Source: Diplonema japonicum
Taxonomy: Eukaryota > Protista > Euglenozoa: Diplonemea
Direction of reading: 5' to 3'
DNA: 64,000 nt
Assembly: GCA_964019335.1 (NCBI GenBank)
Contig: OZ025706.1
Coordinates: 62,001 to 126,000 of the forward strand
Shown piece after piece: positions 11,374-22,751 of the stretch (its first letter is position 1; the number at the start of each line of letters is the position of its first letter). The position numbers and the translations under genes were made by a program. The notes under the pieces are model-generated. The model was not told the origin of the DNA. It did not search any database and saw only the letters and a program-made list of their open reading frames with translations.

Positions 11374-13047
11374 TCAGCGGCGGTAGCGGTACTTGATGAA
11401 CCTGTTGTGTTGCGGGGTTTGCGTTGGCAGTAAATCCATACGAGAAGTGGAGCGTGAAGACACCCCTGTCGAACGTGCACTTGTACCCCCCACGATAATG
11501 CTTGTCCCAGTCTTTGTTCACAATTCTGAACGCGATGTCCTCATAAGGAGGACCGGCGCTGAAACGGAGGACGCAAGTGTCGGCACGACGACCCTTGGAG
11601 TCGGGGAACTCAAGGAAGTAAACAGGCTGCTGCGAGGGGTCCACGAGGTCATGATAAAATATAGTGAACTTGTACCCCATGACCTGCTTTGGTGGGGGGT
11701 TATCGGCGTCGTAGTGGGTGCTGTTGTACTTGTTCCAGTCGAAGCCGGTGTGCACCTTGTTGAAGTACCTGGGCTTCCTTGGACGGTACTTGTCGTGCCA
11801 CTCGTACGATTTCTTTACATCGATAAGGTCGTCGAAGATGTCTTCCTCGTCGTTCAGCTTGATCCCACGAGCATTCATCAGCAGTTCTTGTTCCGCCCTT
11901 TGGTCCTTCAGCACCAGCTTGCTGAGCCTGTTCGCTAGCATATCTCTGTAGTCGTCTGTCTCTCCTGTCAGGCTGTCGATCTGTGTCTCGGTCATCTCTG
12001 AGAGCGGCTTTAGAACCGGCGACAACCCGCTTGTCTCAAGATGCATCTCGTCGTCTGAGTCGTCGGTGAACAAGACATGTGTCCTTTTCTTTCGCTCAGG
12101 TAGCGTTGCCCCAGTTTGTTGGGTGCCTTTGATGAGCTTCTTTATATTTGTGTCGTAAAATGCTGTCAGCACACTGCGGGATTTCCATGTTGTGAGCTGC
12201 TTCAGAAGAGTGTCCCAGAACTCCACGTCGATGCCCGCCGCGTTGGATTTGATCTGCTGTGTGATCTGTCGCTCCGCCTCGTCGAGCTCATCCTTGCTCT
12301 TCCCTTCGAATTGTTTTACAACGTCCGACTTCACATTGCTGTGCATTCCCTCCTTTCTGTCGCCGGACAGCTGTTCGGCCAGCTCCGTCTTGCCCACGAC
12401 CAGCACAGCCTCCCATAGTTCGCTGTGCTGTCTGTCGTACTTCACCATCGGCTCGGCCTCAGATAGCAGTGTCTTGAGGTCGCCGATGGACAACCCGCTG
12501 ATGATCTTTGTCATCTCACGCACGTCGCCGTTCACCTTCTCGATGCTGTCGAGGTCCGCCAAAACACGAATCGTGAAGATGAGGACATCAATGGGCGACA
12601 TGCGCTTCTCCTTTAGTCTGTTGTTGGCACGCATCAGCAGCTGTTCGTATTCAAAGTCCATCCCCTTGTCCTCCCATTCTTCGATTGTGAGGCCGTCGTT
12701 GTCTGCCAGCACTCTCTGTTTCTCCTTCTCCCACATGCGCACTTCTTCATCACGTTCGTCGCGCCTCCGCTTCACCTTCCGGATCTCCTCATTCAGCTCC
12801 TGCCGCCCTTCGTTGTTCCCTGAATTCGCCCCCTTCTTACCCCACGAGAACGCCTCAGTCAGGTTCCCGTCCCCAAAAGGGTTAGCCGTGTCGGAGTACC
12901 TGCGGGTGTGATGTGCTTTTCAACACAGTAGACATACCCGTGCTCCGTCGCTACCGACGCCTGCTTCCTGGTCATTACGGCATCCTTCTTCTCTCGCTTT
13001 GCCTGCCGCCTTGCACGCTTCTCCTCCTTTGTCTCTTCTTTAGGCAT
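11374..13047 (-). CDS. CACTIN: Cactin (spliceosome-associated); introns 12900-12937 and 11402-11441
   Basis: YSDTANPFGD, KYRPRKPRYFNKVHTGFDWNKYN, NPPPK, AGPPYEDIAF motifs. Splicing restores the conserved C-terminus FIKYRYRR*. Confidence 0.95.
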
Positions 13048-13207
13048 CTGCGCCTGTGCCTGTGTATGGTTACAAACAAAAGACGAGACCGCAAAAAAAG
13101 AGAAGAAAAAAAGTAAACAAATAGACGCTCGGGTAATGGGGTAATGGGACGGCAACAGAAATCTACCATGGTGGTGCGTCATGGCTAAGTGAGGTAAGGG
13201 AACACTG

Positions 13208-14551
13208 CTAGGCGACTATAGTGCTGATGAACTCGTTGAAGACGTAGAGAACCTCGTCGAGGGCGTCGGAGGTGATCAGAGTGCGTGCGAGGATCTCCTC
13301 TTTGGGCGTCTTACCATCGAAGAGATCGATGACCTTGCGCAGGTGCTCGATGATGTCGACGGACGTGGTACCTGTCTTGCTGTTCCGCGCGATCATCTCC
13401 ACGAACGAGGTATGCTGCTCGATCGCCTGCCGCATAACCGTCGACTTCGCACTGCGTTCTTCCTTTGCGCCGGTCAGCAGCCTTAACCCCGTCAGCGACG
13501 GCACCTCCGCGGCTATTACATCAGGTGGCGGTGATGTTCTTGGCGCTGCGTATTGTTTGCTCTTTTTGCTGGCGCTCTGCGCTGCGTCGCGAAACACATG
13601 TGCCTGAAAAATATAGTACGTCTTCAGAACCTTCGCCACCTGGTTGCTCACGAGGAATGCGAGCAGCTTGTTGAAAGTCGCTTGCTTCAGAGTATGGTGC
13701 TTCACCTCGTAGTAAGTCAGCGAGGGGTCCGCCTTACTGATCGCTCGTTCGATCCGTGCCTTGAGGCTTGGGACGGTGCACGGGCTGGCGATGAAGGAAA
13801 GGATCTCAGGCAACGTGATGTTCTTAATCAAATCAGAGACTTGATTGATGACAGTCTTCTCGAGAGGGAGCCGCAGTGAGGGGTGCACCATCAGCAATGT
13901 GTGGTTGTCGTCGTGCGACTTGCTTGGGGTGACCTCCGTGCAGGCGGGCTGCGTGCAGCCTTCGAGATGCAGCCAGTTGTTCACGTCAAGTATGACCTTC
14001 CCACCACTTGCAAAGGTGTCGGTGATGCACACAATCTCATTAACAAGCGAGCAAGACGCCACATCGTTGTAGATAGATGTCCAGCTGCCGTTCGGTTCGT
14101 CGCAAAGGTCACGCCGTGTTGAGAGGAGCACTGCTGCCTCCTGCAGGGACCCGCATCGGTGTTGCTCACGTGTCAGAGCCGCACTGTAGGAGTCTAGAAA
14201 CGAAGAGTACAGCCTTGCGTTGGGCTTCTCACCGTTGGCCTTCTCGCCGTTGGCCGCCACAACGATCGCCAAATGCTTTATGAAACTGCTCTCAATATGG
14301 AAATACCGGACGTGGAAGCTGAACCTCTCCACTGTGATGATGTCGCTGTCGGGGACCTCTTGGATCTGCTGCGGGCAGAGGAGGAAGGCAAGGTGTTCTG
14401 TCTTCACACCTAGGCTCAGCCCCAGGTCGTCCGACAGCGGTATCTCGTTGCCATACAGGTCGAGCCCCACACCCTTCGGGGGGTATCGGAACACCATCTG
14501 CACACCCCTGTTCACCCCGAAGCAGATCACAAACGACATCACCTGCGGCAT
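13208..14551 (-). CDS. NPRL3: NPR3/NPRL3-like GATOR1 subunit
   Basis: N-terminal longin-like RGVQMVFRYP, EQHRCG, VNNWL, and C-terminal winged-helix-like FDGKTPKEEIL. Confidence 0.65.
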   Translation of the reverse strand: MPQVMSFVICFGVNRGVQMVFRYPPKGVGLDLYGNEIPLSDDLGLSLGVKTEHLAFLLCPQQIQEVPDSDIITVERFSFHVRYFHIESSFIKHLAIVVAANGEKANGEKPNARLYSSFLDSYSAALTREQHRCGSLQEAAVLLSTRRDLCDEPNGSWTSIYNDVASCSLVNEIVCITDTFASGGKVILDVNNWLHLEGCTQPACTEVTPSKSHDDNHTLLMVHPSLRLPLEKTVINQVSDLIKNITLPEILSFIASPCTVPSLKARIERAISKADPSLTYYEVKHHTLKQATFNKLLAFLVSNQVAKVLKTYYIFQAHVFRDAAQSASKKSKQYAAPRTSPPPDVIAAEVPSLTGLRLLTGAKEERSAKSTVMRQAIEQHTSFVEMIARNSKTGTTSVDIIEHLRKVIDLFDGKTPKEEILARTLITSDALDEVLYVFNEFISTIVA

Positions 14552-14748
14552 CGCACGCAGCTTGCAGTGGGACCCCCCTTTTTTTTTGAGTGTGATTCGG
14601 GTAAGAAAAAAAAGAAGAAAAAGAGAAAAAAACAGGGGGGGGGAGGGGGAGGGTTTTTTCCGTGTAATAGAAAAAAAAAATAAAAGGCAATATTTTTTTC
14701 TTCTTCGTGTATACGTCCTTTTAAAAGAAAAAAGAAAAAAATAGTTTC

Positions 14749-15048
14749 TCAAATGAGTGCTTGCGAGTGTGCTACGCCGTGGGTGACGTTGCCTTTGGCA
14801 AGGTTGGGTCCAGAACCTTTAGGAGGCCCGGTGCCCTTTAGGCCAGCTGACAGGTCAGCAATGCTACCCTGTGCGAGTCCCGGGTGGCCAGCAATCCCGT
14901 CTGACGCCCCAGAGCAGCCTACTGGGCTGTGCACAGCATCCATCATCTGGGTGTTTTTTTTAATTTCTTTTTTTTTTTTTTTTTTAATTTCTACCTGCAT
15001 AACTACGCTGTCGAAATTCTTCCCTTGAAAACACGCCTGGTAAGACAT
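14749..15048 (-). CDS. Possible small two-exon hypothetical protein (MSYQACF...VMQ|MMDAVH...)
   Basis: GC-rich coding-like segment with an in-frame GT...poly(A)...CAG intron at ~14948-14994. No recognisable domain. Confidence 0.35.
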   Translation of the reverse strand: MSYQACFQGKNFDSVVMQVEIKKKKKKEIKKNTQMMDAVHSPVGCSGASDGIAGHPGLAQGSIADLSAGLKGTGPPKGSGPNLAKGNVTHGVAHSQALI

Positions 15049-15735
15049 CCTTTTCTCTTTTCTTCTTTTTTTTGTGTAGGACCTTTGTTTGTTTATGAGT
15101 GGTTTTTCTTATAACGGTCAAAGTGTTAAATTAAAAATAAAAAATAAATAAAATAAAATAAAAAAACAAAGAATACTCAAAGAAGAGAAAAGAATGGCAT
15201 AGGTGAGGGGGGGTCAAAACAAGGGGGAGAAGGGGTGGGGGATAAGAAAAATAAAAAAACGAAGGAAAAAAAAAAAAAAAAAAAAAAACTGGAATGAATG
15301 AAATATTGCTTTATCTTTCTTTTTTTTTCTTTTCTTTTTCTCATTTAATCCTCTGTTGGCTCCTCTGTTTCCATCCCTTTTGTGTTTGGGTAGGAGAGTG
15401 GCAAGAGCTTACAGAAAAAGAGGGGGAGAAGGGTGTCTCGTTTTTTTGTTTGTTTGTTTTTTTTTTTTGAGCAAAAGGAAAAAAAAAAAAAAAAGAACCC
15501 ACCTTTACCCATTACTCCATGAAAAGAGAAAATAATGGGAAGAAAAAAAGTAGGGGGAAAAGGAGTATGAGACGAAAAGGGTGGGGGAAACATAAGGAAA
15601 AAAAAAAAAAAAAAAAAAAAAAAAGGTGGCAGGAAAAAAAAAAAGCAAATGGAAAGTGCTTCCCTTCTTTTTTTTTTCGGAAGAAAAATATTACGTCAGT
15701 GGATCACTGTTCGGGAGAAAAAAAAACACTGAAAA

Positions 15736-15769
<34 letters not shown>

Positions 15770-16813
15770 TAGCGTTTTGTATCTTTTGAGGAAAAATATG
15801 GTGGTCTTGCTATATGGGGAGAAGGGGGGGATTTAAAGAAAAACCTTTTTTAAAACAAATGTAAGTATTTTGTAAACTCGTAATTGTCCCCCCAACAAGA
15901 TCGTTTTCTGCCTTAAACAATTCTTTGAAGGGGGAGAAGGAGGGCTCTTAGCAAACCTTGTAGATATTCTTTCTTTCTCCTCCTTTTTCTTCTTGATCCT
16001 CTCCCCTGCCCCTTGGTATCCCCCACAGTTCCCTCTTTCACTCCCTTGATTCAGTCTTTTGTTTTGCCCCTTCTTTTGTTGTGTATAAAATAAAAATGAA
16101 AAAAGGGTGGGGAGGAAAAAAAACGACCCCCCCCCCTCACATGTTCCCTCTGTTGCCTTTCTTTTTTTTTCCCCCTTTCTTAAATAATTCGCGAAAAATA
16201 ATGCTCAATTCTTACAACAATCGGGAGGGGGGGGGGGAGAAAAAAAAAGGGGGGGGAGAAGAAAAATGGCCAATTAATGCGCAATATTTCCAGTTCTGTT
16301 TCCCACTGCCCCTCCTTGAACATTAAGATGGGGGGGTGTTAAAATAAAATGAAAAAAAAGGGGGGGGGATAGAAATATATTATTATTCAGTGCGCGAAGA
16401 GTGGTGAGGGGAAACAAAGAAAAATCGAGCAACCGGCCATTTAAAAGATGTCGTGAGCAAAACTCAATATTTCGTCATAATTAAAAAAAAGGGGGGGGGG
16501 GAGCAAGAAGACAATAGCAGTCGGGTAGGTGATAAGGAGTATATTCCGTTTACATCTTCTAAACGCTCTTGTCCCTTGCTCTTGGGGAAGAAAATCACTA
16601 TGATGGGAGAGAAAAAGTTATGGCAGTGATCGGGCCACATACCCCATGATGCCTCCTTCTATAAACTTCCATTTCTTTTGAAAGAAAGAAAAAGTAATAT
16701 CTGATCAACGGTATTTGAAAAAGAAAGAAAGAAAAAAACAAATCAAACGACTCCCCCCCCCCCCTGTTTTCTTTCTTTTTCTTCTTTTTTTTTTCCTGAC
16801 AAAATAAGATTAA

Positions 16814-18593
16814 CCCCTAAACGCCCGGAGCCTATCTACGGTACCCCCATTTTCGTTGTTGCTTTAAATACTCAAAAAAAGGGCAGCATGCAACCATAGG
16901 AAGGTGCAAGGAAAGGGTAAACGGTACTAAAATTTTCAATTCCAGGTGCCAGATTCAGATGAGAACACTTAACTATGTGTGTAACAGGGGGGGGTTGAGG
17001 GGGTACTTTTTATGTCCGATTTTGGGGGGTCTTGTCGTGGGGGGTCCGTGGAGTTATGGCTGGGGTAAATAGGGCAGCATTCAGCCCTATTTGGTGCCCT
17101 GAACTCTAGGATTGAGGTCAGTCTGGAGACTTTTTGGGGCTGTGGGATGAAAAAAGCAACTTGTGAGTTTTTTTTCCAGCTGGGGTAGCATGCAAGGGTA
17201 AAAAACACGTTTTGCATAAGGGGGTTTTGCAACAGGGGCACCACGTTTGCACCTTCTTCCCGCACCCAGGAACAGCACAGAGCACCCTCCTCACCTTCGT
17301 TCCGTTCATCATGGTCTCGGAGGTGTGATTTAGGGTCAAATCGAGACGTTTTGGGTATTTCTGAGTGAGGGAATCCTCATTGCTAGCGTGTTTGCGCTTG
17401 GGGGTCGGTGACGGTGTTGTCGGGGGTGTGTGCTATCGGCTTTTGGGGCATGGGTGAGAAGCTTGCCAACAAGTTCTTCTTTGAAGCTCGGGAAGCCATA
17501 ATTTTTGCCACATTCCTTGCTCTTCTTCCAGATTATGGAGGAGTTGGCAACACAGCTTTCCAGGACCCAATAAAAAACGACCATGGTCCACTTCCGGGTT
17601 TTCATATGCCGAACTCCAGTCCCCTGGAGCTGGTCTTGCCGGTCAGGGGTCGACAGCAAACCCTTAGGAGTCGACAGCACGCATGACTAGGTCCTGTGTT
17701 GTGGACTTCTTGCTGAAAATGTTGAAATTCGCCAGGTAACAGTTTTATGAGTCGCATGTAGCGACTACCTTGATGCCCACCGAGTTGTTTTTTCGTGGTT
17801 CCATGACTTTTATTGTTGTCGGGATAACACTGTCGTCAACAGACAACCACTTGCCAGGGGTCCGCACAGTCCTACACCGGTTGGCAATGATGTCAAGAAA
17901 CCTGCGCATGAGGTGCAGTTTCAGGCCTTACTGATGTTTCCAGGTTGTCAAAGGTCGGCGCTGTATGTCAACGAATCGGTTTCCTCATTTTCTCAAAAGC
18001 CGGGATGGTTAAATTAGAATTTGTTGTCCAGTAGCTCTTCATATTCGGTGCCGAGCGTAAACCCATTAACAGGACCAACCCAAGCCAAATTTTGTACTCT
18101 GGGATGGAAGGATTCAGATTCCGCTGTTTTTTTGAACCGAAACGACCGTTCGTGGAAGAAACTATGAGCTCAAGGACTGCGTGTGTAAAAAAAAAGATTA
18201 AAAACACCCTCCTCATTGGTCGCTTCACCTAGAGGTGTCCTAAGCCCACCTTTTCACGGAAATGATATGTTTCGGGCCTTTGGGAGTATTTCTCCCACCC
18301 AAGCATCGTTTCCGGTCCCTCTTTGACCGCCTCATCGTCTGTTTCTTCTTTATCTGACCAGTCGGGGGAGACTCACGTTTTCGCTGCTATTTTGACCATC
18401 TGATTTCATTTTAAGCCAACCCTGCCGGTTTCAATTAAAACAAAACTTTTAACGCAAAATGTAGTTCCGAGACAAAATAAACCGCGCAACAATGCCATAT
18501 TTTGAAGTCCAGGGGCCGTGTTCAAAAAAAAGTACTTAGCGAAAAAGCAAATTTTGAAATAAGGACAAAAACGTCCGCGCGGGCGTTTAGGGG
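16814..18593 (-). mobile_element. piggyBac-superfamily DNA transposon relic (internally deleted, disrupted transposase)
   Basis: Perfect 14-bp TIR CCCCTAAACGCCCG / CGGGCGTTTAGGGG with TTAA on both sides (16810-16813, 18594-18597). Transposase fragments: LGLVLLMGL...KSYW, PGKWLSVDDSVIP, GIKVVATCDS, KTRKWTMVVFYW...ANS, and a Cys-rich tail CAVPGC...CPCCKTPLCKTCF. Confidence 0.93.
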
Positions 18594-18873
18594 TTAACCA
18601 AAAAAAAAAAAAAGAAAAAAAAATATACACCATAGAAAGGGTGGTGTGAATTTGGAGACGGGGGAGCAAAAAAAAAAAAAAAGGGAGTGAACTGGGGAGA
18701 GCGGGGTAAAAGGGACTCACTCGGTCTCGTTGTCACCCTTTTTTTCTTTTCTTTTTTGGTTTCTTGAAACATTTCTTTTCCTTTTTTTTTTTTTTTGTTC
18801 TTCACAAAAAAAAAAAAAAAAACACCCTTCTGCTCAGCTCTTTTTTGTTTTGTCTTGCTGTTGTTTGCCCCAC

Positions 18874-20090
18874 TCACGAAGTGCTATCTACCGCCTCTTT
18901 GTGTACCTATTTGTTGGTTTTCCCCCTTCGCATTCATCCATTTTTTTTTTTTTTCTTTTTGCATACTTGCTCCATTTTTTCAATATCAGCAGGCATCAAC
19001 TTGAGATCGTCCTTTGTGATTTTAATCTTGAATTCGCCCTTCGAGACCGACACGCTTGTGGCCTCTTCCTGTTCTCGATCTTCGTCCGAATATCTGAAGT
19101 AATTTAAAAAAAAAAAAACAACTTTTTTTTCCCTCCCCCCGTACACACCTGTAAGCAGGGACCTTGCCCACTTTGCTGTCTGACTCGTTCCATGCCACAA
19201 ATTTCCAGTTTCCGTAGCGGTATTTAACCTGTTTTTTTTTTTTTTCCCCCACCTTTTTTTTTTCTTCCTTCCCCCTTCTTACCTCTAATTTCAAAACGTG
19301 GGTGCCTGACCCAGTTTTGAGAAATAGTTTGAGAAGCTCCAAGTTCAATCTAGACCACCTGGGGTCTTTAAAATGAGAAGAGTCATCCTCCGACGGCCGC
19401 AGGAAGATGGGGAGAGATGTTTCGGGGGCTGTACGGTAAAAATGTCAAAAAAAAAAAAGAAAAAGAAAGAAGAAGAAACTTACCTGACTGACCATAAACA
19501 GATCCCCTGTCGGGAGTGAAGGTAAAGAAGGCCCCCTCTATGGGGTCGCAGGACCATGTGTCACAAGAGACTGCTGTTGGGGTCGACATGGATTTGCCAT
19601 TTATCATCAAGAACACGCCAATCTCTTTTATAGACTCGGGGTAGAGGAAGTATTTTCGTCTCTTTGAGTAGTCAGGTGTCTGACCTTGGCTGGCAAGCGC
19701 TGCGTCTCGTTCTTTAATTTTCTTGGTGTTGTAGTGAGGCCGGTCTTTTGAGAGCTCAAGGCGAGCCCAACCAACACTGAAGCAGGGCAGCGAGTGGCTG
19801 AAGAACGCCCTAGCATACATGGGATCGGTGTACTTAAACACCCTTTCGGTGCTGTCTTCCGCACCTTTCTCCTTCTTTACATCGGCCACCCCGAACTGAA
19901 TAATTTCCTGCACACTAGACTTTTTATCGCTTTCGAAGGGACCCTGTGCGGGTACCGCTTCTCCCGACTTTGACTCTATCCCGGGCTGTATCTCCCCAGC
20001 GACCCACCATTCGTGGAGCCGAAGCCCGTCAGGACCATACTCACTACCCTCGCTATCGGCGTCCCCATGTGCTGAGGCACCGCACCCCAT
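18874..20090 (-). CDS. Hypothetical protein with N-terminal myristoylation/palmitoylation motif MGCGAS; 4 predicted introns
   Basis: Exons join via GT-AG introns: ...YGQS|APETSLP...LKLE|VKYRYG...PAYR|YSDEDR...MEQ|VHKEAVDSTS*. Confidence 0.7.
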
Positions 20091-20132
20091 TTATATATAT
20101 TGTTTTCCCCCCCCTGAAAAAATTTCTAAGTA

Positions 20133-21730
20133 CTGTAAAACGAAAAACTCCCGGACGGAAAAATGTCCGAGTTTTTTTGGCGTCCGGGAATTTTTCCGTC
20201 CGGGAGTTTTTCCGTCCGGGAATTTTTTTTAGGTAAGGCCGTCAGGGGGCCTGGTCCACTACCACCTACATACTGGCCTGGGCTGCAAACGGCAACCGCG
20301 CGAAGAAACCCCCAGGGTTCCCTTTCTGCATCTTTGTCCTCCCTTGCTGCCCTGAGGCAATCAACTTGTCGAGCCTTCGTGTGGCCTACTACTTTCTTAA
20401 TAGATGATTTACAGCTGCGTTCAACCCAATATCCATCGGTTGAACCATGTAGGTGAGCCCAGGGGGACAAAAGCAATGTGCACGTTTGCGCCTGCGAACC
20501 ACTCTACGAACCCATAGGCATAGGTCGCGTGAGAGTTGTGGTCGCCGACAAGCAGCAGAATCGGCCCGTTCGGCAAAACCATGGGAATCGATGATTTATA
20601 GCAAAAAGGAAGAAACAGCTCCGTAACCCAGATACCGAGTATCATAATTAGCCCAATGATTGGGCGATGTCGTTAGGCTCCATTCGGTAGGCGGGTGCTT
20701 GACCGGGGCACGGATAATCCCTGCCGGTTGCGTTTCCGCTTTGCCTTTGTATTTAACCATCCAGCCAAGGAAACAGCCAGCTGTTCGGTTATAGCCCGTT
20801 TTGTCCCCCAAGCCACGGACTTTTACGACCTTAGCACCCCTTTTTGTTTTGGTTTTTAACCCCGTATTCCAGACCAATTCCGGCCTAACTTTATGGGTGT
20901 CGATTATGGACCTGAATTCCATGGTGAAACAGCGTGCCTCTCGTTGTCCTTCTCGTTTCCGGGCTTTCCGGAGGTGGCTTGCGGCTTTTGTCTTTCTTGC
21001 TGCAAAATTTTGTCAGCCTAGCCAGTGGAAAAGGACAGTGCCCCACCAAAGTCTACCAGGTCTGTCTTTCGGGCTGGATTGGCGCACAGCAGCCCTTCTG
21101 CATAGGTGCATATTTGTTGTGCTGGGATAGGCTCACCAAGCCCGTTTACCTATCGACTCAAGCAAAAATCTTTCAGCCCCCGAAGGATGCTAAATCCTGT
21201 ATTGGGCGATACGCAGCTATCACGGCGTCGTGGCGGCCAGGGTGTGGTAGGGTGGAATAGCAACGTCCAGTATTTCCGTCTGGAAGAAACCGGGGGCTCT
21301 GTTGAACCTGTTGCCGCCGTCTTCTGACCGAGGCAGAGGCCGCCAAACTGCTTTCGGGGGTTTGTACTGGCCCGGTGTAAGGAGTTTATCTCGGGGGTGA
21401 GCTGGCCGGGGGTGTCAGCACCAAAGTTGGGCCCCTCACAAGCCAGCTGCTCAACGTGCCTTGGGTAGTCGAACTGGTCAATCTGACGAAAGAAGTACGG
21501 GTTTATGAGAAGTTAAAGATCCCGTGGGTGCTGTTTGTTGGTGCATTGAAAGGGGAAGAAAAATTCAAACTGCCACGCAGGGTGACATTTTGGCTCTGCA
21601 CAAAAAAAACTTCTTCCCAGAAAAACTCCCGGACGGAAAAATGTCCGGGATTTTTTGGTGTCCGGGAGTTTCTCCGTCCGGGAGTTTTTCTGTCCGAGAA
21701 TTTTTCCGTCCGACATTATTCGTTTTACAG
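20133..21730 (-). mobile_element. pogo-like (Tc1/mariner superfamily) DNA transposon relic
   Basis: TA|CTGTAAAACGAA ... TTCGTTTTACAG|TA (12-bp TIR, TA TSD); subterminal CCGGACGGAAAAA arrays; DDE_1-like fragments VRPELVWNT, HWAN, PILLLVGDHNSH, IAFVP. Confidence 0.82.
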
Positions 21731-21754
21731 TATTTCAAAAAAAAAAATTCAAAT

Positions 21755-22249
21755 TCAAAGCCTTGATTGAGGGAAGCTGTTCATTCTGTCCAGCTTGTGA
21801 GGGTTTCGGTCGTAATACAGCATCGCGCTTTTCAACACCACGTAGCTTGTGCAGAAGGACATCAACACCGCAACGGGAAAGTAAGCGTGTGGTCGGAGGT
21901 GCAGAAGCTCGCTTAAAGGGGTGTAGCTGTGCCTCTTAAGATAGGCTTGTGCAAAGGCTCTGCTGGCTGCGCTGTATATAAACCCGGCCATCAACCCGGA
22001 AAAAATTGAACCACCCTCTTTCCGTGTGTTGTACGTAGGGAGGTCCCGGTAGCCGTTAGCAAGCTGTGCACTCCTGTTCCTCCCATAGTCCTCCATAAGC
22101 CCAGATTTGAGAACCTTCCAACTGGTATATCCTGACACCGCCAGCACACCGCCTGTCAGTGCTGCAAACACAACCTGCCCTGTATCTCTTCTCATGAAGA
22201 ATTTCTTCACCGTCGGGTTAATCAGCTTCTTATTGATGCTGTTACTCAT
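21755..22249 (-). CDS. Hypothetical small membrane protein (164 aa, MSNSINKK...)
   Basis: Intronless ORF with two or three hydrophobic segments and a basic N-terminus; possibly mitochondrial (inference). Confidence 0.6.
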   Translation of the reverse strand: MSNSINKKLINPTVKKFFMRRDTGQVVFAALTGGVLAVSGYTSWKVLKSGLMEDYGRNRSAQLANGYRDLPTYNTRKEGGSIFSGLMAGFIYSAASRAFAQAYLKRHSYTPLSELLHLRPHAYFPVAVLMSFCTSYVVLKSAMLYYDRNPHKLDRMNSFPQSRL

Positions 22250-22751
22250 TTTTTTTTCTTTTTTTTTTTTTTGTAGATTTATCTCCTCCCTGCTTTTTTT
22301 GTTTTCTCGTGTTTTTACTGGGAAGAGGGGGGGATGACTGTAAAAAAAAAAAAAAAAAAAAAAAAAAATCACACAAAGGAAAGGTAAGGGTGAATTCTTT
22401 TTTGCTTTTTTCTTTTGTTTTTTTCCCCCTCCCCACCCCCCTTTTTTTGTTTAACACTTTCTTTTTTTGTATTTCCTTTCCTTCTCTCACCAACCCCCCC
22501 CCCCCCCCCCCCTTCCCTTGCAAAATACCTGTTTCACGGGAAGAAGGGGAGGGGAGAGGGGGAGGGGGAACATTAAGAATAATGATAACGGGAACATTTA
22601 CCCGGGTAATGAGACAAAACTGCCAAAAAAAAAAAAAAAAAAAAAAAGAACGAAAAAAGAAAAAAAGGCCGGAAGCAAGAAAAACAAAAAAACAAAAAAA
22701 CAAAAATAAATAAAATACACTTTCGTTTTCTTCCCTCCCTCATTTCTGCTC

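Noticed and set aside
15345-15836. Many poly-K / poly-F ORFs here and throughout the intergenic regions
   Set aside because: Translations of A/T homopolymer tracts in spacers and introns.
20145-20228. Short regularly spaced repeats resembling a CRISPR array (also 41868-41933 and 53279-53370)
   Set aside because: No unique spacers or cas genes, and the context is eukaryotic; they are subterminal motifs of transposons.
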